A stretch of 64,000 nucleotides of DNA, from positions 211,365,741 through 211,429,740 of the forward strand of contig CM041465.1 of assembly GCA_023213395.1 (NCBI GenBank), in the 5' to 3' direction. The notes under the pieces were generated by a model, which saw only the letters and a program-made list of their open reading frames with translations, ran no database searches and was not told where the DNA came from. Both the position numbers and the translations under genes were made by a program. This stretch comes from Cycas panzhihuaensis (taxonomy: Eukaryota > Plantae > Cycadophyta). This document shows positions 12,165 to 26,537 of this stretch, in pieces; position 1 is the first letter of the stretch, and the number at the start of each line of letters is the position of its first letter.

Positions 12165-15100
12165 GATGTAGATAGATTTGTTTATATATTTCATAGGCAA
12201 AAGGAGGGCATCCAAGGCTTCTCATGTATACATAATAGATTTTTTTTTTAAATAAGGGATCTCACAAAATATACTAATAAAAGAGGATTTCATCGGCCTT
12301 TCTATGTGGTCCTCATCCTAGAAGCAAATCCCAACAATGGGACATCTATAAAGGCCTCCAGATTGAGGCTAAAAAAAACATGTTATATTCATTATTTTCC
12401 TTCAATTTTTTGATAGCAGAGTGGCAACCACTGTAGGGCGATTAGGCTTACAATTGGTGGCAAAATCCACTCCATTTTTCTTCAAATGGTAGCTTCAAAT
12501 TGACATTTTTGTGACCTTCAATAACACACTTGCATGTAAAATTTTTATGGGCCTACATGTAATAAAAGACTAGTTACAAAAACCACATAAATTTTCCTTT
12601 TTTTTCTTCATAAAACCTCTCCATTGTAGCTTCAAATTACTCCAAAACAAGCTTTAAAAAAACCTTGAAAAGCAACTCCAAATAGGCTTCAGATAACCTT
12701 TAAAAATAGTTTCAAAAGGAAACTTTTAACAACTTTTAATAGGCTTTAAAATAGCCTCATAACAACATCAAAATAACCTCTTAAACTGACTAAAAAATAG
12801 TGATAAAATATTCCCAAATATATCTCAAGTGATGGTAGAAAATAATCATAGAAATAAACATAAAATGAAGAGAAAAATACAATTGTGAAAGTAATATGAA
12901 CAAAACTATTAACCACAAAAAGAACAAATAACATAAATAAATCAAGCACATAGTGAAGAACACTAGGAGATTAAGGTCTAAGCATAGAAATTAATGGTCT
13001 AACTATTACCCTTTCATGAGCCTTCTCTAGTCGTAGAAAATGTGATATGCATTACTTCTTCTTCCATCTCTACAACCTTTTCTTCTTATTGTATCTTATG
13101 ACTTAATATTGTTACTAAAGGAGGTTTGTGTGGCTCCTTTTTGCTTTATCTCTAAGCAAGTGAGTGTTGGGTTGAGCATACTAACTCTAATACCAAATGT
13201 TGGAAAATAAATCATGACTTTGATACTATGTTAGCAAGTGAATCTACTATACATAATAGATGAAAATGGTGAGTGAATGATAAAGAAATGAAGCTCAAGA
13301 AAGATAAAGCATGTACATATTAATATAATAAAATGGAAGAATTCTTAAACTTAAATTAGAAATAAGGATGATGTACCATATGTGTGTGAGAACCCTCATT
13401 GGCCAACTTGTTGTGTATTGGCACATATTTTTGTGCAACATATAACTCAAGAGGATCTTAAATATAAAATACAAATAAATATAGAAAAAGAGTGAATGGG
13501 GATAGATATGTAATTGGGTATTACACCCAACATTCTCCCTTATAATAAATAATTATATAAAGTGAAATACTACATCAAAAGTATAATATCTATGTCTTCA
13601 AATGAATGCTAGAACATAAGCTACTATAATGATATAATCTATTATTAATGTTTATACCAAATGAACGCATCTACTAAACTACATATGTAACCAACTCTTA
13701 TGACTACCATTAGTTAGGTTGTTCCTTCGTATACATGGAACAATTAGATTTAAGTCAACTTCACCTAAGGAACACACCATCCTACATGAACAACAGTGGT
13801 GATGAATAAATATATAAGAGTAGGCGAAAGGGGACCTCTTGCCTATATAGGACAATATAAGTAGCTTTTTTAGCTACAATGGTAAAAAAAAAATGGCTGT
13901 AAGGCCTTACAATGGTAATATAACCTTAAATTTACCATTATGGGTTCTAAATCATATCTTGATGGCCTACAATCATGCCACTATAGGATTACAACATGTC
14001 ACTATGGGCTTATAATAGCCTTTATGGACTAAAGAAGTCCAATAATAAATGTCATAAACATGACTAAAAAGTAGATGTAATTAAAATACAATATAGATGA
14101 CTCTCTCAAATAATAAATTTTAATGATGTTTTAATAAATATTAATTCTCTAGAGCTAAAAATGAGCTTACATGATAAATTGTACATGTTATCCCTCCCAT
14201 TTAGGGTATATTATGTCAATGCAATATACAACAAATGATATAGAACCTTGAAAAATATATACATGTGCCTAAAGGTGTTAGAAAAGAAGAAGAAAAATAA
14301 AGTAAAAAGGGACTTTAAGTAAAAATATCCACATTAAATCAGTTCCAAATGTTATTAAGTGACCACCTAAAATGAAGCTCTTTTAGTTATGAACCTAACA
14401 CAACCGACGAGACTAGAAATAGAGTCTCTTAGCTTAAGTTATCACTAAAATAATGATGGGGACTCTAGAATAATGAAGAAATGGGGGCTTATCCTTTTTG
14501 CCAACTAATGTGTGGTTGTAAGTGTGCTCCATATGACCAAGGGCTAATGAGAGGGGATGGGGAGATTCTAAATAAATATTAAGTAAAATGAAATGTTTTT
14601 ACATTTGCAAAAGGATTAAATTAAAATCTATAAGAATTTTACACCTGTCAAAGTTGAAAAAAATTATACGTCCACTAAATATTAATCAATTCTACCAAAA
14701 TAAATAGTAAAATAAAAAATATTTAAGGTTTTTAAAATTATTTTTTTGCCATTTTATTTGCAGGTCCATGATAAATATCCATGGCAATGAGTAGGTAATG
14801 GTGTTTGTTTAGGAAGAATTAATCTTGGTTGTCATGAAGAGCCTTGAGGAAAAAGAATTGGTCCTCCAATGTTGGGACAAGTTGAATGTTACAAGAATCC
14901 ATTATTCATATAAACTATGTTATGGTTAATAGCAATTACCCTTCTATATCTGACTCAACTTCTAATATTAGTTGTAGCATAAATGCTGTTGACATTAAGT
15001 ATCTTCTGGGTGCCACAGATGATAAGCTTAAAATTCTTCTAAGTTCATAGTCGAAGCTTGTTCCTTCTCTAAGGAAAACAACACTGCTATGCTTTCAAAG

Positions 15101-15305
15101 ACTATAGTTAGTGATCTATTTAAGAGTTTTGGCTAGAAATTAAAGTTGAGGAGCTTTTATAACTCTACAAAGTTGATTGTTAGTATCTTATGGAGGGACA
15201 AGACATTGGCCTATTTAGTGATGACATCGTCAAGACTAGTTGGCGAGGACTTTAAATAAGGAGAAGTACTTCCTCCCCTTATGCAAGCATCATAAGTTAT
15301 TAACT

Positions 15306-15443
15306 TTTGACATGAAGAAAGAGATAGCATAGGTAATTTCTAATGCAACTTCTGGTGGCACCGATGAATATATCAAGTATCTAGTAAACCAAGGATGCAT
15401 TAAGCCATTATATAATCTATTAGTTTGCTCACACCCTCGAGTA
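15306..15443 (+). pseudogene. Importin-alpha ARM-repeat fragment, copy 2 (W codon changed to TAG)
   Basis: [17 protein letters not shown]..., duplicate of 11918-12055. Confidence 0.9.
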
Positions 15444-15520
15444 TTCTTCCCATTCTCCATTATTTCATAAAGGATGGACTATTATAGATGGGTGTGTGCA
15501 TATTATTATATTATATTATC

Positions 15521-15552
<32 letters not shown>

Positions 15553-16819
15553 GATGTAGATAGATTTGTTTATATATTTCATAGGCAAAAGGAGGGCATC
15601 CAAGGCTTCTCATGTATACATAATAGATTTTTTTTTAAATAAGGGATCTCACAAAATATACTAATAAAAGAGGATTTCATCGGCCTTTCTATGTGGTCCT
15701 CATCCTAGAAGCAAATCCCAACAATGGGACATCTATAAAGGCCTCCAGATTGAGGCTAAAAAAAACATGTTATATTCATTATTTTCCTTCAATTTTTTGA
15801 TAGCAGAGTGGCAACCACTGTAGGGCGATTAGGCTTACAATTGGTGGCAAAATCCACTCCATTTTTCTTCAAATGGTAGCTTCAAATTGACATTTTTGTG
15901 ACCTTCAATAACACACTTGCATGTAAAATTTTTATGGGCCTACATGCAATAAAAAGACTAGTTACAAAAACCACATAAATTTTCCTTTTTTTTCTTCATA
16001 AAACCTCTCCATTGTAGCTTCAAATTACTCCAAAACAAGCTTTAAAAAAACCTTGAAAAGCAACTCTAAATAGGCTTTAAATAACCTTTAAAAATAGTTT
16101 CAAAAGGAAACTTTTAACAACTTTTAATAGGCTTTAAAATAGCCTCATAACAACATCAAAATAACCTCTTAAACTGACTAAAAAATAGTGATAAAATATT
16201 CCCAAATATATCTCAAGTGATGGTAGAAAATAATCATAGAAATAAACATAAAAATGAAGAGAAAAATACAATTGTGAAAGTAATATGAACAAAACTATTA
16301 ACCACAAAAAGAACAAATAACATAAATAAATCAAGCACATAGTGAAGAACACTAGGAGATTAAGGTCTAAGCATAGAAATTTTATTAATTTGAGCAAAAG
16401 CGAAAGAATTATAGAGATGAAACCCTAACTCACCTCATCAATTCATCTACTCTGTACACTCTATAAAGAATTACCCAATTCGGGTTATATAAAGAATGTC
16501 ATAAGAAGGTAAAAGATCTAAACTGTTAGATCTAGGGTCTTTATGATGAACAACCCTAATTCTCTTTTCTGTTTAATTCCTAAAATTTGCTTCGGGGACT
16601 ATCACCCTTGAACCTTACTTTATTGGAGGGGGGAGGAAGGAGACATCTCCTGCACCTGCCAAAGAGGGTTGTTTCCCCCCTTCAATACCCTCGCAAGGAG
16701 ATTGGAGGGGAAAACTTAAGCTAAAGCATGACCAAAATTTTAACCTCCTTATATATATATATATATATATATAGATATATAGATATACATAACACTTGTA
16801 AATTATTTAACATATTCAA

Positions 16820-19800
16820 GAATCTCTCACTTGTTGAATACTTTATAAGAAACCTATATACATAACTACTTAATGGCAATATCATAAACACCTATTTCCT
16901 TTCTACACCATTTAAATTTTTTCTGCTAACAACCTTAGTTAATGAGTCTGTAATATTTTTTGTGTAGCAATCTTTTGCAAGTCCACCTTGTGATCTTAAA
17001 CTATTTCTCTCACAAAATGGAATTACACATCAATACACTTCTACTAAGCATGAAAAGTGGAGTTCTTCACTAAGTAGATTGCACTTTAACTAACACAATT
17101 TATCTTCACAACATCCCGCTTAAAGGCAAGATCTGTATAATCTACAGAACCAAACCGATTTCTTGCATGCATGGGTAGCTACCATATACTCGCTTCTATG
17201 CTAGAAAATACCACAACTTGTTGTCTTTTTTCATCCAACTAATCACACCACAAAGGGTAAAAGCATACCGCTTGTAGATCTTCTATTATTAAGATCTCCA
17301 ACGCAATTAGCATCAACAAGACCTCTTAAATTCACCATTCTACTCTTCATGGGATCTCCTTAATAGCAAATTCTATAGTCCGATGTACCCTACATATACT
17401 TGAAAATCCTTTTCATAGCCACCTAATGCTCCCTACCTAAGCTTGACATGTACCCGTTAATCGCTCTCATTGCATGGACAATGTTTAGTCAAGTGTAACC
17501 ATTGCATATATTAGGCTACCAATAACACTAGCATAAGGGACAAATGCCATGTCTTTAACTTCTTGGTGAGTCTTTGGCATTATTCAATTGATAATTTTAA
17601 ACCAACAAGAAGAGGAATATTAATTGGTTTATTATTTTGCAACCTAAACTGTTGTAATATTGTCTCAATATACTAACTTTAGCTAAGCCAAATCTTCTTA
17701 TTTCTTCTATCCCTTTTAATCTAAATACCTAAAATAAAATGTATAGTACCAAGGTCCTTCATCTCAAAATGAGATGTTGGTTGGCCTTTGGCAAGTTAGT
17801 TTATTTCTTTATTGTTACCAACCAAAAGTATATCATCAATATATAAAGCTAGAATAATAAAGTGTTACCAACTTGTTTATAATAGACACAATGATCTACT
17901 TTATTGTACACAAAGCTATCTGCCAACATATGTGAATCAAACTTCTGATACCACATCCTTGGTGATTATTTCAAACCATATAATGATTTCTTCAACCTCC
18001 ACACCATATTCTCCTTCCTTGTAACTTAAAAAATTTTAGGCTATAACATATAAATTTCTTCCTTAAGGTCACCATGAAGAAATATAGTCTTCATATCCAT
18101 TTGATCCACCTTAAGGTCATAAGCAAGCTATAACTAATAAAAATTTAATTGAAACTATTTTTGTAAGAGGAGAAAATATCTCACTAAAATCTATTCCCTT
18201 GACCTGGGAACAGCTCTTTACTACCAAAAAAGCCTTACACTTTTCCATTGTACCGTCTGCTTGGAACTTCTTCTTGAAGATCCATTTATTATTAAGAGAT
18301 TTTCTTCCATTAGGTAGATCCACCTAATCCCATATATTATTTTTATCTAAGGCCATCATTTCTTCTTCCATAACCTTCATTTAGAGTTGGCTCTCTTTTG
18401 ACTCCAGAGCCTATTAAATAGTACATAGATCATCATCTGTAGTAGATAAAATAAAAGATGAGCGACGAAAGTCTTGAGAAATATACCGCTAGGTTGTCTT
18501 CTCTCACAAGTTGATCTCCTCAACATGTAGGGTTCTTGAGGTTGATCTAAATCTACAGTTGGTCCTTCCTCTTCAATTAGTTCATATTCGATGAAGAGTT
18601 TTCATCTTTATCTTAAAACTGCCTTCTTAGAGTTTTCCTCCTTTGGTTCATTATCCTGCTTTAGAGACTTGAATTCGTCTCTAAAGACAACATCACGACT
18701 ATACACAACTTTCTATGTTTCAAGGTTATAAAGCTTGTACCCTTTCACACCATCACCATAGCCAATGAAAATAGTCTTTTGTGCTTTAAAATCAAGCTTA
18801 GTCCTTTGTAATCTAGGAACATGTATAAAATATTCACAACTAAAAACTCTAAGATGACCAAGAGATGGTTTCTTACTAGACTACACTTCTTCAGGTGTTT
18901 TATACACTAAGGCAGTTGTTGGTGATCTATTTGTCAGGTAGCTAGCAGTCATCATAGCCTTAACCCATAATTTCTTCTCTAAAGCAGTGGCACTAAGCAT
19001 TCTCCTCGATCTCTCCAGTAAGGTCCTATTCATTCTTTCAACAACTTTATTCTGTCAGAACGATAGGAAATTATTTTTACCTTGTTATTCCATACTTCTT
19101 ACAGAACTGCTTAAATTCTTTTAAGCAAAACTGATCTCTATTATTAGTCCTCAGTACCTTAATCTGCTTGTCACTCTAATTCTTGACCAAGGCCTTGAAT
19201 TCTTTGAATTTACTAAAGACTTTAGATTTCTGCATGAGAAACTACAACCATGTCTTTCTTAAAAATCATCTATGAATGAGAAAGAATTTAAACCCACCCG
19301 ATGAGGGTACATCAACAGTCCAAAACACATGATTATGCACCAATTGTAGAATACTTTTGCTTTTTCGAGCTTGAAAGAAAACTAATTCGATTCTATTTTT
19401 CATACACACAATGCTTACATAAATCAAAATCAAAGGAGCCATTAATTCTAGAGATGTCTTCGCCATACCTTTAGAGAAGAAGTCATACAGCCTTTCTCTC
19501 AATATAGCCCAATTTCTAATGCCACAACATAGTTTTACTAGCAAGTGATATTTAGGTCCTACCTACATCATTGTTACTTTATGTAATAGTTGGACTCTAT
19601 TTATCAAGATACAATGTGCTCAGATCAAGCTTGTATAATGTTCCAAATTAGACCCCTCTTGCTAACACCAATGCTCCTCATACCATTCTACAACTGCCTT
19701 TATTAAAAATCACTTATATTCTTATATCATCCAATTGACTAATGATAATGGACTTATAGCCAAACTAGAAATATGACTCACATTAAGGATAGTTTTAACC

Positions 19801-20810
19801 CTTCCATCCCCGAATCAAACCTTCACCTTTCCACGACCCGCAAATTTATATAGGTAATGAGCCCCAAGAAATACTTCACCTTCATCAATACTTGTGTATT
19901 CACAAAACCATTTCCTATGGGGAGTAACATGAAGTGAAACACTAGAGTCAATTAACTAAGATTCAACATTTGACAACTTACCTGAGATTGTCAGATAAAC
20001 ATCACCATCAAGATCATCAAAGGCTTTTGCTAGCATGGAAGAAGTAGCTTCAGTGACTTTCCTTTATCAACCTTGACTCAACATTGTCTCTTTATATAGC
20101 CAACCTTCACACATCTCTAATATACCAACAAGCCTCTACATGGAGATTTGGATTTCCTCTAAATTTTGGCTATTTATTCCTAGGATTTGCTTCTTTTAAA
20201 TGATTCTCGAAGATTTTTGCCTTGTCTCTTCCGACAACAAAATAGTAACAACATCATCAAATTTCAAGGTGGGAGCGTTGTACCGCCAATTGTCATCACA
20301 AGATTATCCCAAGAATCGTGAACTTATCTTCTTTAAACATTATTATCCCAATTGAAGTAAGTTGGCTCACCACCATGTTAAATGCAATAAGATGATCTGT
20401 AACTGCATCTCTATCACTCATCCTGAGTGAGTATAACTTTTTTCAAAGAAATAGCTTATTAACCGTGGACTTAGTCGATACAAAGCCCCTAACTTTGTCC
20501 ACGGATATTTAGTCGTAGGCTCTATGGCAACATTTAATAATACCGCAAGGCATAATCTTATCGAACTTATTACTTTTCAATCTTTATCCCTATAAGTGCA
20601 TGATTTATTTTTGCTACAACGATCCACTAATCCTTCTCGACGAGGATATCTTCCATCTTTAGCTTCTACAACTCACGCTTTAACCATTAAACTTTTTAAT
20701 CTTCATCTTTGTAATGCTTACCATGATCTTCACACTCAAGTTCACTAAACAAGACTCCCATACACCAAATGACTTCCCATAGAACTAAAATCCTTAGCTT
20801 TGATACCAAA
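16820..20810 (-). mobile_element. Full-length degenerate Ty1/copia internal region (Tork/Tnt1-like gag-pol)
   Basis: Reverse-complement PBS agctttgatacca at ~20796-20808. ATG 20724 reads MVSITKMKIKKFNG..KLKMEDIL, followed by LIDSSVSLHV, integrase, RT (NKWIFKKKF, FSEIFSP, YIDDIL) and RNase H. PPT-like caagtgagagatt at ~16821-16833. Confidence 0.92.
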
Positions 20811-22728
20811 TGGAGAGAAAAATATAAATATGAAAGCAATATGAATAGAACTTTTAACCATGAAAAGAACAAAAGGGCATAATTCTAAGACTAAGACTCG
20901 TAATTTAGAGTGCCTTAAGGTTTATAAAATCATCATGAATGTAAGGAAAATGGTAATCAATTTAGAGGATGATGAAGACGAAAATGAACCTCATTAGTAC
21001 GCTATTTAGATTGATTACAGCCTCATGCTAAAATTTCTAAGATTGGGTAATGCAAGTTGCACATAAGAAATGGAACTTAGATTAATTACTAATGATAAAG
21101 CGAGGATGTTGAATATGCTCACAAAGGCACACATAAAGGAATAATAAGGATTTAAACTATCATTATAAGAGTGCTTAGTCTACACTTGAAGAGTTTTCAA
21201 TCTAGAAAGTAAAGATCTAACTTTAGATCATAGAGTTATAAAGTCAACTTGAGGATTTCCTTAATATAACTTATTGGTTGAATGATGAGTTGTAATTTCA
21301 TTTGAACTTAGGTATAACTCAATTAAAAGACCAATCGTAAGAACAACTTCAAGTTTTTGTTAATATTCTTTCACAAGACTTATAATGGATTAGTTGAATC
21401 GCTAAATATGCTCACACTCTTATAGACTTACTTTATAAGTTCCTATTGATAAGGAGATGTTACCCTACATACCAATTTTTATTTTTTCCATTCTTTATTT
21501 GTAAATAGTTGTACATATATGTTTTCATCCTGCTCATGTACTTAACTCCCAAGAGATGCTAGTGAATTTTAAAAAATATATAGTGCTCTAGGACATATCA
21601 TATTATAAGTCCATGAGAGATGTTAGTTGGCCATGTTGATTAGCCAATGTTAGTTGAAAGGTGAAGTCGTTGAATGAAATCGAGTTGATCAAATAAATTT
21701 AAAGGTGATGTCAATCATGTTAGCATGAGTTGGGTTGTGAACAAGGCAATTATGAGTTAATTCTTATAGTTGCACTTGTAATAGATTTAGTTAGTATAAA
21801 TATTTGTAATACTATAAAAGCTTAAATAATAAATCATTGTATGATCGAGACCTTTGACCGATCAACTTAAGAGCCACACTTATAAGTATTGGTCATTAGA
21901 TAATGTGTTTGGTAAGAGCAATCACATTGGGTAATGACAATAGAGTTATTGATAACTAGATTAGTAAAAGGCATGTTATGTGCATCCGTGATAATGCTTG
22001 GTTGGGATTTCATGATTATTAAGTAATTGTATGTGTATAGTGAGCTTAGCTTTAAACATCCAATAATGCATTATATATGTATTATATTGTAAGATACATG
22101 TATATACAAATATAAATAGATAGATATATGCATCGCATATCCACCCCTAGTTAATAGAGGCCAATCCATTATATTATATTATCCTTCTTGTATATGAATC
22201 TATCTATATATAAAGTCAATAAAAAGAGGAATTCTTCCTTGATTGGTTATTAATCTACGTATTTTATTCATTACATCCGATGATACGTAATCCCATTTCC
22301 ATAAGTTTGAAGTAAAAGAAACCACCCTCCCACTAAAATATGATCATTGAGCTAAGGATCTTGAAAGGACTCAATGGTTTCGATAATATAATGTAATACA
22401 TTTCGCAGTTAGACGACATCTATGCAAATTAATCTTAGCAACTTTTAAAAAAAATGTAATATATATTTTAAAATGTGTAACAATAGGATCAGAAATTGTA
22501 ATTTGGCATTAATGTTCATTTCAATTTACATAGTTGTATAACTATTCATTGTAAAGAAAATATCATCTAAATATAAATTAAACAAAGTGCAAAATTATAA
22601 ATACATAATGTGAGGACATTATTATAAAGTTTATTACTTGAGTGTTATTATTAATTTTTAGGTAATATCACCTATGTTATTAGATAAACATGATTATTAC
22701 CCCACGTTATATATTTTTCAAATTATTA

Positions 22729-23098
22729 TGACATTAATGATGTTAAGGATAAAATTTAGAAAGAAATAAACCAAAGAATCTAGTGACATAATGGTAATGA
22801 TATCTTTTCTTGACACTTATTTGTCATAGTCCAATATTTATAATATGATATAAAATAATTTTACCAAAGAGGGTGTAGTCATCTTACAAGGTCATCCATC
22901 TTAACAAAAATTTATATTGTCAAATAATTAGTCAAAAATAATATAATACAATATAAATACTTTTTGCCCAAGAATTGTACTAGTCACAATAGTCATACAA
23001 TAGGAGATAAATTGTCAAAAAATGGCATCTTAGAAAATAATCCAAATTAAAAATGATATAAAAACCTATATTTAAAAGTAATTGGGTACCGACATGAC
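22729..23098. promoter_or_regulatory. Cluster of TGAC cores (W-box-like) upstream of the LRR-RLK
   Basis: 12 TGAC/GTCA cores counted by eye in ~370 bp, including one strict TTGACT on the minus strand at 22930-22935. Confidence 0.5.
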
Positions 23099-23300
23099 AT
23101 AAATTGTAGAATATTATTTAAAATCTTTGTTTATTACTAATTTCTTGCAAAAGTCTTATATAAATCACAGGAACCGTGGAAAAGATTTATGTTTGTTTAT
23201 TACTAATTACGTACCAAAACCTTATAAAATCAGATGAATTATGGAGAGATCAGTGTGTTCTCTTTCTAGGGAGAAAATCATTCGAAGGCATTCAAATTGA

Positions 23301-26300
23301 ATGAGTGGCAAGATGGATCTGCTGAAATTGAAATTGTTGTTTCTTCTATTCGCCTTTGCAATTCCCTTTTCGTCCTCATCGCCTCCATCTCATCCGCATT
23401 CCCATCCCCACCTCAACAACGCTACCGATCAACACTCTCTTTGCAATTCAAGGCCTCCATCTTTTACGACCCCAAAATGTATTGCTCCACTGGAATCCCA
23501 ATCGCACTGCATTTTGCAATTGGACCGGAGTTACTTGCAGCCCAAGGAGGGACAGGGCGGTGCTTCTCAACCTCGCAGATATGGCTCTCCAAGGTTATCT
23601 CTTCTTTCCTCGCCAATTTGTCATTTCTTCGTCAATTACGGCTTCGCAATAATAGTTTTTATGGACATATTCCACCAGAATTTGGGCATCTTCGTCGGTT
23701 GAGAAAGCTTTTCCTTTCGTATAACCCTCTGAGCGGACGCATTCCCTCTGAACTTGGGCTCCTCACCAATCTAGAGGTTTTTGCGTTGAAAGCAAATAGG
23801 TTTTTGGTACCATTCCCTCTTCGTTGGCAAATATCTCCACCTTGATTGACTTGGATCTTCGTTCAAATCACATCAGCGGTGTCATTCCTCCTGGATTCGG
23901 TCGTCTTACAAATCTCAACTCGCTTACCTTGTACCAAAACTACTTGGGAGGATCAATCCCTTCTTCCCTATCCAACTGCACCTCTCTCCAACTTCTGTCT
24001 TTATCAGAAAACAATTTAGTTGGACGCATTCCATCGGAGTTGGGTCACAAGCTCCCCAACCTTCAACAAGTTTATCTGTCGACAAATCGGCTGAGTGGCA
24101 ACATTCCAATCTCTTTTGGCAATTGTCCCCAACTCACAATACTTGAACTATCCCAAAATCAGCTGAGTGGGATGGTGCCAGCAGAGCTGGGTAAGTTGGC
24201 TCTCCTTCAACGCCTTGACTTAAGGGGAAATCAATTTGTTAGTGGAAGCGGTACCGAATGGCCCTTTTTTACACATCTCACCAATTGCTCCCTCTTACAA
24301 CTGTTAAATTTGGACCAGAATCGACTGACTGGCGTTTTGCCTTCTGCTATAGGCCAGTTTTCTACCAAACTCTCCTACCTAAGCTTAGAACACAACTTTA
24401 TAGGAGGATGAATGCCTCAGCAGATTGGCAATCTAACCAACCAGACATTCGTGGCTTTGGATGGCAATCTCTTCAGCGGCAGCATTCCATCGGAATTCAA
24501 AAGACTCCAAAATCTTGAAAGATTGGATTTGAGCGACAACAGATTAGAAGGGAGCGTCCCGAGCGAGATGGGTGAACTACAAAGCTTAGGACTCTTGTCA
24601 CTTGAGGAAAACGTGCTCTCTGGACCAATTCCCCCTTCTCTTGGCCATCTCCAGCAGCTCAGAACGCTTAATCTTTCGAAAAACCAATTATCAGGAAACA
24701 TACCTGCAGCTCTTGGCAACTGTTGGCGTCTGGAACTGCTCGACCTGTCCTACAACAGACTTCATGGAAACATACCGCCAGAGGTTGCGGGTCTACAAAA
24801 TCTACTGTTCTATTTCAACCTCTCAAGCAATTCCCTCCAAGGCTCCCTCCCCCCCGAGATTGGTAAAATGGTAATGACTCAAACCATAGACATATCTGCC
24901 AATCGGCTGTCTGGATTCATTCCAACCACACTTGGAAGCTGCGCAGCGTTAAAGAGTACCTGAATCTATCTCATAATGCCTTGCAAAGTCCAACTCCACT
25001 TTCACTCGGAAATATAAAAGGTCTCCGAGACATGGATCTCTCTTCCAACAAGTTGTGGGGTACAATACCAACGTCTCTGGAGAAACTCCATATGCTTACG
25101 CACTTGAATTTCTCATACAACAACCACACTGGAGAAGTTCCAAAAGGAGGGAATTTTGCAAATTTTAGTAATGCATCATTTATGGGAAATCCCAGACTCT
25201 GTGCACCATGGATACACTTGCCTGCCTGTCCCAATTCCACCCCTTTGAAACAAACAGGGCATTCATCTCTCAAAAGAGTAATACTACCAATTGCAAGCGT
25301 TGGTGTTTTCATTCTCTCCTGTTTACTCACAGGATTCTTTTGGAGCAGGAAGAGTCTACATCTCCCAAAAACCTTTGCATTAAAACGGGAACTCCCTATT
25401 ATTTCGTATCAACAAATTACCGAAGCGACTAACGGATTTAGCGTGGGCAACCTGCTTGGAGTCGGTAGTTTTGGATCAGTCTATAAAGGGATTTTAGGCG
25501 ATGGCACAACGATTGCAGTCAAGGTTTTAATTTGCAGGATGAAGAGCGCAACGGAAGTTTCAAAAGGAATGCGAAGTATTGAGAAGAGTTCGTCACCGGA
25601 ACCTTGTTAGAATTGTGACCTCGTGTTCTACCCTTAATTTCAGAGCGTTGGTCCTTCAATTCATGGCAAAGGGAAGCTTGGAAAAGAATCTGTATCCTGA
25701 TGACACGAACGAAGGTGAGGATGGGAATGGTTGTTCATTGAACTTGCTCAACCGATTGAACATTTCCATAGACGTAGCCCACGGCATGCAATACCTGCAT
25801 CATGATTGCCATGTTCGAGTTCTGCATTGCGATCTAAAGCCGAGCAACGTGCTTTTAGATGACGACATGACAGCACACATTACCGATTTTGGCCTGTCTC
25901 GAATTATTTGTCCCACCTCTGAGGATTCCTTCACTTCAACACTGCGAGGATCCATCGGGTACATCGCCCCAGGTTTGGTTTTGTGGTTCAAATCATCAAA
26001 ATGTTATTTCTCCTTTTTCGCTCGTGTATTTCATACGTAGAATGAAACTTTAAACACGATGGCTTGAATGCAGAGTACGGATTAGGAGGAAGGGCTTCAA
26101 CGAAGGGGGATGTTGACAGCTATGGTATTCTGTTATTGGAGATGCTGACCAGAAGAAGGCCCAGCAGTGACATGTTTGTAGGAGGACTGGACCTGCACAA
26201 GTGGGTGACCATGGCATTTCTTGAGAGATTGCTGGATGTTATCGACGGTAGCCTCCTGACAGACGTGAGTGAGGAAGGAGTGGACGGGCATAACGTGCAC

Positions 26301-26537
26301 AAATGTCTCACGGAACTCATACTCGTGGGTTTGTTGTGCACAAAACAATCACCTGAAGAAAGACCAAATATGAGAGATGTGGCGGGACTGTTGGAGAGTA
26401 TCAGAGCAACATTTCTTGGAGTAACAAATAGAGGGGCTTTCAATTTACCGGCAGATATATGGTCCTTGTTCGATAGTAGAACTGTAACACAGAACAATGG
26501 AGAAGCATCTGATAGCCAGACTTCTTCTATACGCTAG
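23301..26537 (+). pseudogene. LRR receptor-like kinase subfamily XII (EFR/XA21-like, non-RD), disrupted in this sequence
   Basis: Signal peptide, LRRNT (CNWTGVTC), ~20 LRRs (LxxLxLxxNxLxGxIP), GNPRLC cap, TM, kinase motifs [22 protein letters not shown] and DFG. GT-AG intron 25973-26073 splits YIAP/EYG. Frameshifts near 23440, 23470, 23595, 23805, 24950, 25530 and 25567; TGA at 24409. Confidence 0.95.

Larger units (their letters stand above)
9610..16381. repeat. Tandem duplication with ~3.39-kb unit (9610-12992 and 12999-16381)
   Basis: Near-identical collinear sequence with a 6-bp filler (aatggt) at the junction. Confidence 0.97.

Noticed and set aside
12746-12949. Hydrophobic F/L/I-rich ORFs (also 16134-16397, 39336-39560, 58185-58406, 34112-34345)
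   Set aside because: Compositional artefacts of T-rich repeats; frames are not reliably conserved between duplicate copies and no family motifs are present.
16420-16430. aaaccctaa telomere-like motif
   Set aside because: Single units (telo-box-like) with no array.
20811-22300. Expected 5' LTR of the minus-strand copia
   Set aside because: No alignment to 16400-16820 could be seen by eye, so the LTR pair is not claimed.
23924-26497. Antisense and alternative-frame ORFs over the LRR-RLK
   Set aside because: Shadow ORFs of a GC-richer coding region, with no independent motifs.
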